The position numbers were made by a program, and so were the translations under genes. The notes under the pieces are model-generated. The model saw nothing but the letters and a program-made list of their open reading frames with translations, was not told the DNA's origin and did no database searches. Shown here one piece after another: positions 8,899-19,831 of a stretch of DNA of 64,000 nt. The stretch is taken from contig JAXGLP010000001.1 in assembly GCA_040769165.1 (NCBI GenBank), positions 1,451,702 through 1,515,701 on the forward strand. Reading direction: 5' to 3'. This stretch comes from Armatimonadota bacterium. Its GTDB lineage: Bacteria; Armatimonadota; UBA5829; DSUL01. The stretch's first letter is position 1. Each line of letters opens with the position of its first letter.

Positions 8899-11028
8899 TC
8901 ATGCCAGCCAGTAGCCCTCAACGGCGCGCCCCGGAAGCGCGAACTCCAGCCAGCCCCCGCCTGCGCGCGGCTCCGGCTCGTCTCCCAGAAACCCAGACAC
9001 CTGCCCGGAAGCCTTCAGACGGATGACCGCGCGCTCTTCCGATTCGTTCGACACGACCAGGAACCTGCGCGTATCCGCCTGCAGGATATCGGCCCGGCCG
9101 GGCCCCTCGACCAGAACGTCCGGATCTCCAATGCTTTCGCGCACAAGCTCGGCGATGAGATCACCGCAGGCCCCACCGTCCGGCTGAGACGCGCTGTACG
9201 CGAGGGGCGCTCCGGCCAGAAGCGCCCCGCCCTCCCCACTGCGCATCCGGGTTATCGCCGCGCCACCGTTCGGGAGAACGCCAAGGACTTCCGCTTCGCC
9301 CTCGTACTCGGAAACTGCGACGCACACGGGAATGGCGGTCCCGGCGGCCAGACCCCCGACATGGCGGGAAAGTCGAATGGCAAGCCCGCGGCCGCGGCCT
9401 TCGGCCGCCTGCATCATCGCATACGCGTCGAACCCGGTCGTGAGCGGCCAGGTCATGCGTTCGCGGCATCCGAAAAGCTGGTCCAGGCCCATCCCCGGCG
9501 TGACCGTGGAGTGCAGGCTCCGCGCGCTGTCGTAAGCGGCCGGCCAGATCTCGGACACCACTGATCCCCCACGCCTGACGTAGTCACCAAGGGCGCCCGC
9601 GACAGGCTCCGCAAGCCAGTACGGCACGGGCAGATAGAGGCAGCGATACTGCTGATGCAGCCCTGCCGCGAAGTCGGACGGGTGCACGAAATCCACCTGG
9701 TACCCCGCCCGCGCCAGGGCCCGGTACGCGCCGTCAAGGCTTCTCGAATAGAGATCACCCGCAAGGGTACCCGCCCAGCAGAAGATCTGGTTCTCCGGGT
9801 CGGCGAGTAGCGCGGCCTTAGCGGGAAGCGGGCTGGCGGCGAGGAAGAACTCCTCATCGGCAAGCAGGGCGCGCGCGATATGAGACGCAGGCTCAAGCCA
9901 CGGGGCCGGACTGCCGTCAGGGTTGGTCAGCCCCCACGCGGGCGATTCCCCGCCCAGCCTCTCCGGACGATACTGCCAGAACAGAAAGCCCTTGATGCCG
10001 TGCGCGAGCGGGATGAGGATGTGCCGCTTCATCTCAGCGCTCCCAATCGGTCGCGGTCGCGAGAAGGCGCCGCCGGGAAGCGCATGGATCTCCGCGTTGA
10101 TGACCGCCTTTCCCCGAGCCGCGCTGCGGAGCAGATCGGCCGCGAACGGGTCGGAACCAACGCTGTTGCCATGCAGGTCGCCCGGCTCCGCAAGCAGCCA
10201 GTCATCGGACCCGCAGGAAACAAGCGGGAAGATGGGAGGAGGCACGGTGTGGCACACGACCGGATGAACCGTGTCCCACCGCCGGACAGCCTCCTTGCGT
10301 CTCAGCAGTTCGTCCCGCATCGTCTCGGCGAAGAAGAGCCGCCAGTCCATGAAGTCGCGGTAGGTCTGCGGCTGGATGGGCAGTTCCACTTCATCCCACG
10401 ACTGGTAGTTCCGGCTCCACACGCGATTCAGAGTATCCAGCGACGAGTATCGGAGATGGAGCCAGTCGAGGAAGGCAGCGCGCGAACTCGGGCAGGTGCA
10501 GACGAGATCCTCGATCTTCGGCTCGCGCAGGAGACCCACTGTCAGCTCGGGCTCGTTCCACAGGTCCCAAAACGCCAGCGCGGGATGAGGGCCCAGCGCC
10601 TTCGCGGCCTCCTCTACAAAGCGCACCGAGTGTTCCACGGCGGCCTGATGGTGCAGGCAGTGCCCGGGCACGCCGCCGATCTGGCGATACGGTGTGGTTA
10701 CGGGCCCGAGGACCCGCCCATCAGCCGTTACCATGCGGCAGTCCGGATACGCCGCGAACAGCCACGCGGGAGCGCAGTCCATAATCAGGTTGACCACGAC
10801 GCGGAGCCCGTGAGCCTGCGCGGTGTCAAGGAGCAGAGTAAGATCGCTGAAATCGAAGCGGCCCTCGGCCGGGTTGTTCCAGCGCCACTGCGCCCAGACC
10901 TTGATCGTGTTGAATCCCGCGTCGCGCATTCGCCGCAGGTCGGCGTCCCATTCTTCGGGAAGCGGCGTCGGGGCACGGTAATACTGCGCGCCGAATGGCA
11001 TAAACGATAGTATGCGGTTCATGCTCAT
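8899..11028 (-). CDS. Glycoside hydrolase family 42 beta-galactosidase-like
   Basis: 709 aa. N-terminal (beta/alpha)8 region with QYYRAPTPLPEEWDADLRRMRDAGFNTIKV and WNEPE catalytic-acid motif, typical of GH42. Confidence 0.7.
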   Translation of the reverse strand: MSMNRILSFMPFGAQYYRAPTPLPEEWDADLRRMRDAGFNTIKVWAQWRWNNPAEGRFDFSDLTLLLDTAQAHGLRVVVNLIMDCAPAWLFAAYPDCRMVTADGRVLGPVTTPYRQIGGVPGHCLHHQAAVEHSVRFVEEAAKALGPHPALAFWDLWNEPELTVGLLREPKIEDLVCTCPSSRAAFLDWLHLRYSSLDTLNRVWSRNYQSWDEVELPIQPQTYRDFMDWRLFFAETMRDELLRRKEAVRRWDTVHPVVCHTVPPPIFPLVSCGSDDWLLAEPGDLHGNSVGSDPFAADLLRSAARGKAVINAEIHALPGGAFSRPRPIGSAEMKRHILIPLAHGIKGFLFWQYRPERLGGESPAWGLTNPDGSPAPWLEPASHIARALLADEEFFLAASPLPAKAALLADPENQIFCWAGTLAGDLYSRSLDGAYRALARAGYQVDFVHPSDFAAGLHQQYRCLYLPVPYWLAEPVAGALGDYVRRGGSVVSEIWPAAYDSARSLHSTVTPGMGLDQLFGCRERMTWPLTTGFDAYAMMQAAEGRGRGLAIRLSRHVGGLAAGTAIPVCVAVSEYEGEAEVLGVLPNGGAAITRMRSGEGGALLAGAPLAYSASQPDGGACGDLIAELVRESIGDPDVLVEGPGRADILQADTRRFLVVSNESEERAVIRLKASGQVSGFLGDEPEPRAGGGWLEFALPGRAVEGYWLA

Positions 11029-11177
11029 CCCCTTCCGCGCCCGCGCCGCGGCGTCCTACCTCAAGCGACATTGTCTTTGTGCCGAAACTGTGTTGACCGG
11101 CGAAATAGGAAGCTCGTATAATCGGGCGTCACGGTGGCCCGAAACGAGGGTCTATCATACTGAGGAGGCTATCATCC

Positions 11178-11876
11178 ATGAAACCAGCTCTGCTGCGAAT
11201 TCTGATCTCGGGAATGCTTTTCGCTCTGGCGGCGCCAGGGCTTCTTGCCTACAGCATTGTTGACGTGCCGACGGCGAACCAGGCGGCGCTTCACGAGGTC
11301 AATCTGGCGTACTACAGCCTTTCGATCAAGAAGTCCCTGCCGCCCACGCACAAGGACATCTACGTCGCCTATTCGACCGTGGCCCCGGGCCTCGAACTCG
11401 AGTACATTCACGTGGACATCAACAACGGGTTCGGCACTCAGGACCTCGTGAACGCAAGCTATAAGCTTATGCCCGAGACTGCCAAAACGCCTGACGTTGT
11501 CATCGGCGTCAAGAACATCTTCGAGGATGACACTTCACCCAGCCCGGACGAGCAGAAGCGTTCGTTCTATATCGCAACGGCGAAGACACTGAACCCACCC
11601 AGCCCGGACGAGCCGTGGCACCCCGTCGTCCGGCTGCACGTCAACTATGGCACGAAGGAGCATCGGGGTCTGTTCGGCGGCGTGCAGATCGCCATCACTC
11701 CGCGCCTCGGTTTCGCCGCGATGAAGATCACGAACTCCCCCTACAGCAAGATATTCCTCGGAAACGAATACGAGTTCGCGGTTGTCTATTCGCTCGGCCG
11801 CAAAAGCCCGAACCTCAAGGCAGGCACGCTCGGCCACAGCACCTGGGCAGGACTCGACTACAGCCTGCACTACTAG
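11178..11876 (+). CDS. Hypothetical secreted protein, possible small outer-membrane beta-barrel
   Basis: Signal peptide MKPALLRILISGMLFALAAPGLLA. C-terminus ends in alternating hydrophobic residues and terminal aromatic (...WAGLDYSLHY). Internal SPSPDE repeats. Confidence 0.4.
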   Translation: MKPALLRILISGMLFALAAPGLLAYSIVDVPTANQAALHEVNLAYYSLSIKKSLPPTHKDIYVAYSTVAPGLELEYIHVDINNGFGTQDLVNASYKLMPETAKTPDVVIGVKNIFEDDTSPSPDEQKRSFYIATAKTLNPPSPDEPWHPVVRLHVNYGTKEHRGLFGGVQIAITPRLGFAAMKITNSPYSKIFLGNEYEFAVVYSLGRKSPNLKAGTLGHSTWAGLDYSLHY

Positions 11877-11914
11877 TCGGAGTCGAACGGGGAGTTCGCC
11901 TGGCGAACAATGTG

Positions 11915-11950
11915 AGACGTGCCCGGCGCCGGTGCGCCGGGCACGTTGCT
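11915..11950. terminator. Hairpin between convergent genes (candidate bidirectional terminator)
   Basis: ACGTGCCCGGCGC-CGGT-GCGCCGGGCACGT inverted repeat. Confidence 0.4.
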
Positions 11951-11967
11951 CGTTACGAAGACAGCGC

Positions 11968-14900
11968 CTATCTGATGTCCCTGGGCCGTATGGCGGCTTC
12001 ACCTGCCGCATCCAACCCGACCCACCCCGGCTTTGCCACGACAACGATGTCTGACTGGGTCCTCGGCAGGAGCGTACTCACCAGATAGGTCTTGTACGCC
12101 TCACAGCTCGAGATGCCTGTAACCACGACAGCCACCCCCGCAGCAGGAATCTCCATCTCAGGCGCCCAGACAAACACGCCGCGGGTGCCTGTGCCGTCCG
12201 AAACGCCGCTTCCGTCGTCAATGTAGAACCAGTCCCGCCCCTTCAGCGTAACCACTCCGGACGTCTGGATCAGGAGGCCGATGTTGTTCAGACCGAGGCC
12301 TTTGCGTATGCCCCGCTGTGCCACGGAACCTCCAACCATCCAGTCTTCGCCACCAATGTATCCGCCGCGCATGAATACGGGGACTATGTCACCCAGTCCG
12401 GATTGCCTGGCCGCGGCAGCGGCGATGAACCGCTCACCGTCCTCATTAGTGCTGAGTTTTCCGACGATGTCGGCGCGCATGCCTGTGTCTAATGCGTGCC
12501 CATCGAGGTGTACGCGGATGCCGGCATTCCGCCCTTCGTCCTCGACATAGAAGACACCTGGCGCCGCATAGGTTACAGGAAGGCCCTGCAGAAAGACCGG
12601 CGCCCCGTCGGGTTTGGCCTTCCCTTCCGAGAGGGGCATGCCAGATGCACGCACCAGCCCGAATTTTGCCTGCGGTACCACAGCACCCAGCGCGCCTGCC
12701 GGACTTGTTCCGCACCAGGTGAGGGGGTCACCCGCCCCACTATCTGAATGATAGACAAGAGACCTGTTTCCCCCGGGCGAGAAGGCACAGACAAGACCAT
12801 TGCTCGTATAGTCCGTGCTGTTGTGCGAGAAGTCCACGATGAGGTTGTCGTTGCCGTTGTAATCAAACGGAGTGGTGAACGTGAACGTCTTCCAGCCGGT
12901 GGCGGATACCGTCTCACTGGCGGCCTGATACACCGTTGTCCACGGCGTGCATTCCCATGCCGCCGTGGCGTAGGAAGAAGCTGTTGTGTGCTTCATCCGG
13001 ATGTTCCAGTTATCCAGCGTCTGACCCGGAAGCTGCGAGATGTTCAGCGCCAGCGAGACTATCGTCGACGGACCCGCCCCAAGCTCCGATGCGAGGTATA
13101 TTACCTGTGTCCTGGAGTCGTGATACAAGGTGTGCAGCGGGTAGCTCCAGGTCGAGTCACACGTACCGACGGTGATTGTCGAAGGAGTCGTGAACGTGTA
13201 GCACTGGCCCCCGTTGTCGGCGAGCGTGCTGTTGCCGGGCGCATCCGCCGCCTCAACGACGAAGAAGTACTCAGTCTCCCGAGCGAGCCCTTCAACGGTG
13301 ATCGAGTGCGCCGTCGCCAACGACGTCTCACTCTCAACTACCGTATAGGGGCCTCCACAGACTGTACCGACCTTCACGACTCCGATAGCCGGCTCATCGG
13401 TGGTGAACGTGATCACCACGCCAACCTCTTCGGGCAGGCTGGAAATGGCGCTGATCACAGGACCAGCGCAGTCCAGAGATGCAGAACGCGTCTTCGTGAC
13501 GTTCGTGCCGCCCGTACCGTCATCGGCATCAAGATAGGTTACGGACAGCGTCCCCTGATGCGCAGTCTGCAGGGTTCCATCCTCGGGCCCCGCTTCTCCC
13601 GAACCTGTGGAAAGCGGACTCTCCGCATTGCTGAAGACGCCAGGAGTGGCCGGGACTTCGGCAAGAATGACAGTCTCCAGGTCACCGGCGGAACTCTCCG
13701 CGGTCACAGTGGCGGCGCCCATCCCTGCAAGGCCGGCATCTCGCAGCTCTATCACAACATGGTCAGCGCACGAGTAGATATCCCTGTCCAGCGCCAGACG
13801 TCCATCGGAAGGATGGAACCCGGCACTCCCGCTCAATGCCATCAGGACTGACGGCTCAGTCTCGTCGCTGCTCGCGATCACGAGAGTCCCCTCGTATTCG
13901 CCCACGGCGTCCGGCTGGAACTTCACATCGAATGTCACCGGGTCCCCTCCCGCCGGTATGGTGAACGGTGTTGCGGGCAGATTCTCCACGGAGAACACGT
14001 CACCGGCTGCCATTGCCGCGATGTCGGGCTGTTTGGGCAGAATCGGGCCCGGATACACGGGCCTGTCGCCCTCAGGAACGGCGTCAGGCGACAGCTCGCC
14101 TCCGAACGGGTGCGCGCAGTACCACTCCTGTTCCGCGGACATGACGTGGTCTGCCTCAATCGGTGGATCGAGCACGACATTGTCAAAATAGTCGTGCTTC
14201 ACTTCAGCTCCTCTGTAGGCGAATAGACCGATCCGGCCGGGACCGGCAAGACCTGAATCCGTCCCGCTCCACGCCAGGTTGCCGTTGAAGTACACCCGTA
14301 TCTGCGACCCCTGGAAGCTCACGTTCACAAGGTTGGGGGCCTCGCCCGTGGCAAGGTAAGGCGAAGACGTCCAACCGCCACTCAGCCAGGTCTCAGTGCT
14401 TCCGATGAATCGGATCACCCAGAACAAGCCTTGTGCGTTGATACCCACACCGTAAGCACTTCCCACTCCTCCATCGTAGACGAAATCATCCGAGCAGCGG
14501 AAGCACAGGCCCGACACGTAGCTTGTGTATCCGGTTCTGCGAAGGGTGACACTGAGGGACCCGTCTGCCCATTGATCCCCCGCATATAGCGACTGATAGG
14601 ACTGTCCGGAGGCCGTACTGTAGGCACTGTACTCACCCTGCAGGACGGTCCATGTGGGCGGTGGCAGCGGCTCCCATCCCTGAGCGGCCCCGTCTTCGAA
14701 GTCCTCCCGGTACTGGGCACCCGAAATACGCACATTGGAGACCTCCAGATCACCCCGTCCCGTGTTTGCTATCGTCACATGCTCGGTGCGCGCGTTATTG
14801 ATGAATACGGGACCGAAGGGCAGTTGGAGGTCATCCGCGGGCGGCAGGCTGTCCGTTACTTCGATCTCCGGCTGGAGGGGAATCACGTGTAGACTGACCA

Positions 14901-17900
14901 CACGAATCCAGTGGTGCTGAGTTGTCATGTTGGAGAACCGCACCTGTGCAGAGTAGTCCCCGGCTGTCAGGGCATTCACATCCGCTGTCAGAGACACCCT
15001 GACGGTAGCACTCTCACCCGGTGCCAGTACGCCGCCGGCCTGGCTGCACGCAGCCAGCCTCGAGCCCGAGACCGCAGCCCAGGTGAGCGCCTCGGTCCCC
15101 ATATTCTGGAGCGTATAGTCCGCCCCGTCCGGAATGAATGGTCCGCCCACCTGTCCGGTACTGGTGAATCCACTGGAAGGGGAAACCCTGAGCGCGTCGG
15201 CCGGCTCCACACCGAGCCGCAACTGTGGCACCTGTGTGCCCAGGGCGCCAGCCGGGGAACTGCCGCACCATGTGAGGGGGTCACCCGCTCCGCTATCTGA
15301 CTGATAGACAAGTGACCTGCTACCTCCCGGCGAGAAGGCACAGACCAGGCCGTTGCTCGTATAGTCCGTGCCGTTGTGCGAGAAGTCCACAATCAGATTG
15401 TCGGAACCGTTGTACTCGAACGGCGTGGGGAATGTGAACGTCTTCCAGCCGGTTGAGGTTACAGGATAACTGGAAGCCTGAAACACGGTTGTCCACGGCG
15501 AGCACTCCCACAACGCCGATGTGAACGAGGACGCGGGAGTGTGCTTCATCCGGATGTTCCAGTTATCCAGGGCCTGTCCCGGGATCTGTGAAACGTTCAG
15601 AGACAGTGAGGTAATCGTCCAGGGAGCCCCTCCAAGTTCCGAGGCAAGGTAGATTACCTGTGTCCTGGAGTCTTCATAGTAGGTATGCAGCGGGTAGCTG
15701 AACGTTGTGGCGCATGTGCCAACGGTTATTGTGGACGCAGTCGTAAACGGGTAGCACTGGCCGCCGTTGTCATCCGTCGCCACAGTGCCAACCACATCGG
15801 TTGCCTCCACAACGAAAACATAGCCAGTGGCGGGACTCAGCCCTGTCAGTTCAACCGTGTGCGCGGTGCCCCAAATCGGGTCCTCTGCTGCGATGATTTC
15901 CGGCCCACCGCAGACCATGGAGCAGTGCACGCGGCCCAGAGTGGGAACATTGGTGGCAAAGGTGACCGTTGCCGCCACACCGCTACTGGCATTCACGGCC
16001 ACATTCGTAATTGATATCGGCCTGCAGTCCGCAGTGGCCGTATCGGTCTTCGTCTCAGGCAGCCCGCTTCCATTATCAGCATCCTCGTACGAAGCTGTGA
16101 TCAACGCGCCGTCGCCAATCTGAAGAACCCCGTCGCCCTGCACGGGTTCTGCACCGGCCGTTTCTACCTGTCCCGCGAACACGCCCGGCTCTGGCGTCTC
16201 CGCAAGCGTCACAGTCTCTGTATCCCCTGTCGAACTGGAGACAGTCACAGGACATTCTCCGGCAGCCGCAAGATCGGAGTCGAGCACCTTGACAGAGACC
16301 GGCTCGCCACAGCGGTAGGTGACCTTGTCGAGCATGACCACCCCATCGGCCGACGCGCTTACGAGATTGCAGGCGACCAGCGCAAAATCCTGGTCGGTCG
16401 CATCAGCATTTCCCGGAACACCGTCACCACCAATCGAGACACCACGAACGACGATGTCAACAGCGCCGCTGGTCCCGGCGGGCAGCCGCACCAGTTCGTA
16501 GTTGTTGCGTACATCCGGCGCGCCGCCTGTCTGTGAGACATCCTTGTTGAAGACGTTTCCACGGTACAGGACGCCGTCCACGTACACCTCGAGATCAAGA
16601 TTGTTGACGTAGGCAGCCCCGGACAGCGCGCCCGGAGGGTCAGTCCACGCCAGAGACACTACCAGAGGTTCGCCCCCATCAGCCACAACCCCGCCAAGAT
16701 GGTATTGCTCCCCCGGCCCGGTGAGAATCTCCGTCTGGTCAACGACCTTCCTCGGCCTCGCTGCGTCGAAAGCGAAAGCGAGGTTGATGATCCCGAATCC
16801 CTGGCTGTTGCTGGGGAAGTTGTCGTTGGCGTAGAGCCCGGTCATGTGCCGCCCGGAATGAATGATGTAGGCCTTGAGCAGGGCCGGGCTTGGCTCGGCG
16901 ATACCGTACGTCCGCGAAAGGAAGTTATAAACGAGGGAACCGCAACCGGCCGCCGCCGGACACGAGTGGCTCGTTCCCGACGACCAGCAGTACAGAGTCT
17001 GCCCCGCTGGCATGTACTTGTCACAGACGCTGTCGCCAGTGTAGGCCGGGCTGGTAGATGTTGATGCCGCACCCTGAATGTGGGTGCCTGGCGCCTGGAT
17101 CTCCGGCTTGGCGCGGCCATCGTCGCACGGTCCACGGCTGGAGAAGTCTATGACGTCCTGCGCGTTGTTCGCCCCTGATGGTGGAACGTCGCAGCCATCT
17201 GTTATGCCGAGAGTATCGTAGTTCTCGCTGGCGCCGACCGAAATGACGTTCTTCCCGGTGGCGGGGCTGCCGATGCTGTACGACCCTGACCCTTCGTTTC
17301 CAGCGGAGAAGAAGAAGGCCATGGGCTGCTGTCCGGTAACCGTGGGCTGGCAGTCCCGGACAAAGCTATCGTACATCTGCGAGTCCGACGTGTAGTCGCC
17401 ATAGGCGTCAGTACCCCAGGAGTTGCTGCTGATGCGAACTCCCCACGCATACTGGCTGCTGACCATTGCAGCCTCGTTGATCGAAGACGGCCACAGTCCG
17501 CTATCAGAGAACACCTTGGTATGAGCCATCCTGCCGTAGGGCGAGATGCCCAGGCCGTAGTGGAACCCTGCCGCATCCTGAAACGGAGAGCCAGTGCTGT
17601 TGTTGCAGCCGCCCACAATGGAGGTATTGATGTTTCCGTGCCCGTCAACGCCGTTCGGGTTGGTGATCGTTGGAGACCCGCCGGGCGCAATTCCGGCAAA
17701 CACGACGCGTGAAGCAAGAGCGGGATCGCCCAGTTGCCTGAACTCGGAATTTCCCGGTGACGAGGCATTGCCGTTGTCAAAACCATCGTCAGTGACCACA
17801 ACAACGGGGTAGGCTTCAGGATCCGTTGGGAATCCGTACGATTCGAGGAAGGACAGGTAGCCAGGCCCGGTTGGCGCCGTCCTGCCCGCGTTGAGATTGT

Positions 17901-18792
17901 CGGCGAGGATCTGACCCTGCCGCTCGCAGTTGAGGTGTTTCTCGAGATACGGCTCTATCCACACCACCCCCGGCACAGCCGCCAGAGACTCCAGCAGACT
18001 GCCTGCGATTTCTATGGAGACGTTGATATATCGTCCGCTCAGAACCTCGCGCGGCGGAACGATAACAGACTGTGCATCCGCGGCGATCTGGTCTGCCGCC
18101 TGGACGGCATCCTCGCCGTAGTTGAAAACCTGCACGGTGACCCGGACAGGATCCTCCTTGCCACAGGCTTCATCCAGAGCGGGGCTCAGCGCAAACCACG
18201 GATGATACTCACCAACAAAGGCCGTGTAAGGCTCGGACAGGAGCGCTGATGCGAGTCCGGGGGACGACGCTTCGTCAACCCATATGAGATAGGCGTTTTG
18301 TGGAATGTAGTGGACAATGCTGGCCCCCACGGACTTGAGAAGGGCGAGGTCCTCGTCCACAGGCGGCGCGACAAATTGAACCAGCATCAGCCGGCTCTTC
18401 GCCTCAGAGCTGGCCGTCAGGCGTTCGGGCAACGCGAATTCGGGCTTGCGCGTATCTATCTTTTGGCGGCGCAGTTCAATGAAGTTGAAGTCTTCGCGCA
18501 CCACGGCGCCAGTGCTGTTCTCAAGCGTGGACTTCAGACTTGCCGGGGCTTCGTACACCAGATAGGAGTCGCGGCGCGCCAGCAGCTTCGCCCCGGCGGC
18601 ATCCAACCGCGTGATGTCTGCCCGGGCATCGGCCGACACCAGAACACGGACTTTCGTGTCCTGGTCCTCCCCGGCAATCGCCGGCCCAAACGCAACCGCG
18701 AACAGGAAAGCACACGAAAGAGCAAACGCCAGACGATAGCGCTTGCTAGACTTCCAGTAACCGAAGCACTCGACCAAACCGTTGGTCTTCAT
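11968..18792 (-). CDS. Giant secreted subtilisin-like serine protease (peptidase S8), 2274 aa, carrying the shared C-terminal module
   Basis: Signal peptide plus propeptide. S8 catalytic triad motifs VVTDDGFD (Asp), DGHGNINTS (His), SGTSHSCPAAAG (Ser). Then FN3-like and beta-sandwich repeats. C-terminal ~200 aa shared with six other proteins. AAGGAGGGGG RBS. Confidence 0.85.
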   Translation of the reverse strand: MKTNGLVECFGYWKSSKRYRLAFALSCAFLFAVAFGPAIAGEDQDTKVRVLVSADARADITRLDAAGAKLLARRDSYLVYEAPASLKSTLENSTGAVVREDFNFIELRRQKIDTRKPEFALPERLTASSEAKSRLMLVQFVAPPVDEDLALLKSVGASIVHYIPQNAYLIWVDEASSPGLASALLSEPYTAFVGEYHPWFALSPALDEACGKEDPVRVTVQVFNYGEDAVQAADQIAADAQSVIVPPREVLSGRYINVSIEIAGSLLESLAAVPGVVWIEPYLEKHLNCERQGQILADNLNAGRTAPTGPGYLSFLESYGFPTDPEAYPVVVVTDDGFDNGNASSPGNSEFRQLGDPALASRVVFAGIAPGGSPTITNPNGVDGHGNINTSIVGGCNNSTGSPFQDAAGFHYGLGISPYGRMAHTKVFSDSGLWPSSINEAAMVSSQYAWGVRISSNSWGTDAYGDYTSDSQMYDSFVRDCQPTVTGQQPMAFFFSAGNEGSGSYSIGSPATGKNVISVGASENYDTLGITDGCDVPPSGANNAQDVIDFSSRGPCDDGRAKPEIQAPGTHIQGAASTSTSPAYTGDSVCDKYMPAGQTLYCWSSGTSHSCPAAAGCGSLVYNFLSRTYGIAEPSPALLKAYIIHSGRHMTGLYANDNFPSNSQGFGIINLAFAFDAARPRKVVDQTEILTGPGEQYHLGGVVADGGEPLVVSLAWTDPPGALSGAAYVNNLDLEVYVDGVLYRGNVFNKDVSQTGGAPDVRNNYELVRLPAGTSGAVDIVVRGVSIGGDGVPGNADATDQDFALVACNLVSASADGVVMLDKVTYRCGEPVSVKVLDSDLAAAGECPVTVSSSTGDTETVTLAETPEPGVFAGQVETAGAEPVQGDGVLQIGDGALITASYEDADNGSGLPETKTDTATADCRPISITNVAVNASSGVAATVTFATNVPTLGRVHCSMVCGGPEIIAAEDPIWGTAHTVELTGLSPATGYVFVVEATDVVGTVATDDNGGQCYPFTTASTITVGTCATTFSYPLHTYYEDSRTQVIYLASELGGAPWTITSLSLNVSQIPGQALDNWNIRMKHTPASSFTSALWECSPWTTVFQASSYPVTSTGWKTFTFPTPFEYNGSDNLIVDFSHNGTDYTSNGLVCAFSPGGSRSLVYQSDSGAGDPLTWCGSSPAGALGTQVPQLRLGVEPADALRVSPSSGFTSTGQVGGPFIPDGADYTLQNMGTEALTWAAVSGSRLAACSQAGGVLAPGESATVRVSLTADVNALTAGDYSAQVRFSNMTTQHHWIRVVSLHVIPLQPEIEVTDSLPPADDLQLPFGPVFINNARTEHVTIANTGRGDLEVSNVRISGAQYREDFEDGAAQGWEPLPPPTWTVLQGEYSAYSTASGQSYQSLYAGDQWADGSLSVTLRRTGYTSYVSGLCFRCSDDFVYDGGVGSAYGVGINAQGLFWVIRFIGSTETWLSGGWTSSPYLATGEAPNLVNVSFQGSQIRVYFNGNLAWSGTDSGLAGPGRIGLFAYRGAEVKHDYFDNVVLDPPIEADHVMSAEQEWYCAHPFGGELSPDAVPEGDRPVYPGPILPKQPDIAAMAAGDVFSVENLPATPFTIPAGGDPVTFDVKFQPDAVGEYEGTLVIASSDETEPSVLMALSGSAGFHPSDGRLALDRDIYSCADHVVIELRDAGLAGMGAATVTAESSAGDLETVILAEVPATPGVFSNAESPLSTGSGEAGPEDGTLQTAHQGTLSVTYLDADDGTGGTNVTKTRSASLDCAGPVISAISSLPEEVGVVITFTTDEPAIGVVKVGTVCGGPYTVVESETSLATAHSITVEGLARETEYFFVVEAADAPGNSTLADNGGQCYTFTTPSTITVGTCDSTWSYPLHTLYHDSRTQVIYLASELGAGPSTIVSLALNISQLPGQTLDNWNIRMKHTTASSYATAAWECTPWTTVYQAASETVSATGWKTFTFTTPFDYNGNDNLIVDFSHNSTDYTSNGLVCAFSPGGNRSLVYHSDSGAGDPLTWCGTSPAGALGAVVPQAKFGLVRASGMPLSEGKAKPDGAPVFLQGLPVTYAAPGVFYVEDEGRNAGIRVHLDGHALDTGMRADIVGKLSTNEDGERFIAAAAARQSGLGDIVPVFMRGGYIGGEDWMVGGSVAQRGIRKGLGLNNIGLLIQTSGVVTLKGRDWFYIDDGSGVSDGTGTRGVFVWAPEMEIPAAGVAVVVTGISSCEAYKTYLVSTLLPRTQSDIVVVAKPGWVGLDAAGEAAIRPRDIR
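12660..13800 (-). repeat. Internal duplicated unit 2 of the S8 protease gene (approx. aa 1665-2045)
   Basis: Second copy '...ITFTTDEPAIGVVKVGTVCGGP...NLIVDFSHNSTDYTSNGLVCAFSPGGNRSLVYHSDSGAGDPLTWCG'. About 65-70% aa identity to unit 1 by eye. Confidence 0.6.
15210..16350 (-). repeat. Internal duplicated unit 1 of the S8 protease gene (approx. aa 815-1195)
   Basis: Protein segment '...DGVVMLDKVTYRCGEPVSV...VTFATNVPTLGRVHCSMVCGG...NLIVDFSHNGTDYTSNGLVCAFSPGGSRSLVYQSDSGAGDPLTWCG' recurs about 850 aa downstream. The antisense track ORFs 14988..15392 and 12573..12917 share 'WTSRTTARTIRA'. Coordinates approximate. Confidence 0.6.
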
Positions 18793-19123
18793 TCGCTAAC
18801 CCCCTCCTTTGCACAACTGCGAGCATTTCAGTAGCCACCGCTGCTACACCGTGTACGCAACGCATGTCTGTGCGCGCAAGGCACAGTCAGCAGCGTCATC
18901 TCCGCTCCTGACAATGCCACCACAGATAGAGTCCCGCGCCCAGTCAACCAGACTTAATGCTGACCGTCGAAAAACTCTGGAACTAAAATAACAGAAGCAT
19001 GCGCCAGGCTGCAAGAGCGCGGGGGCGATATTTCAATGAATTCTTTTACCAGTTATGCGACAAACACAAGTTGCGAATGTCACACGTGGCATCGAACGAT
19101 AACGATTCTGTGTCTCCACACCG

Positions 19124-19827
<704 letters not shown>

Positions 19828-19831
<4 letters not shown>

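Noticed and set aside
11968-12630. Interpretation of the shared C-terminal module as PEP-CTERM, LPXTG, GlyGly-CTERM or T9SS CTD
   Set aside because: There is no terminal TM helix plus basic tail, no LPXTG or PEP motif, and the length (~190 aa) and motif series do not fit T9SS CTD types A/B. A true PEP-CTERM protein in the same window shows the canonical form for comparison.
18793-19123. Possible mobile element or small gene between the S8 protease start and livF
   Set aside because: No inverted repeats, no transposase-like ORF. The only ORFs (60-72 aa) lack RBS and family features. Likely the protease promoter region.
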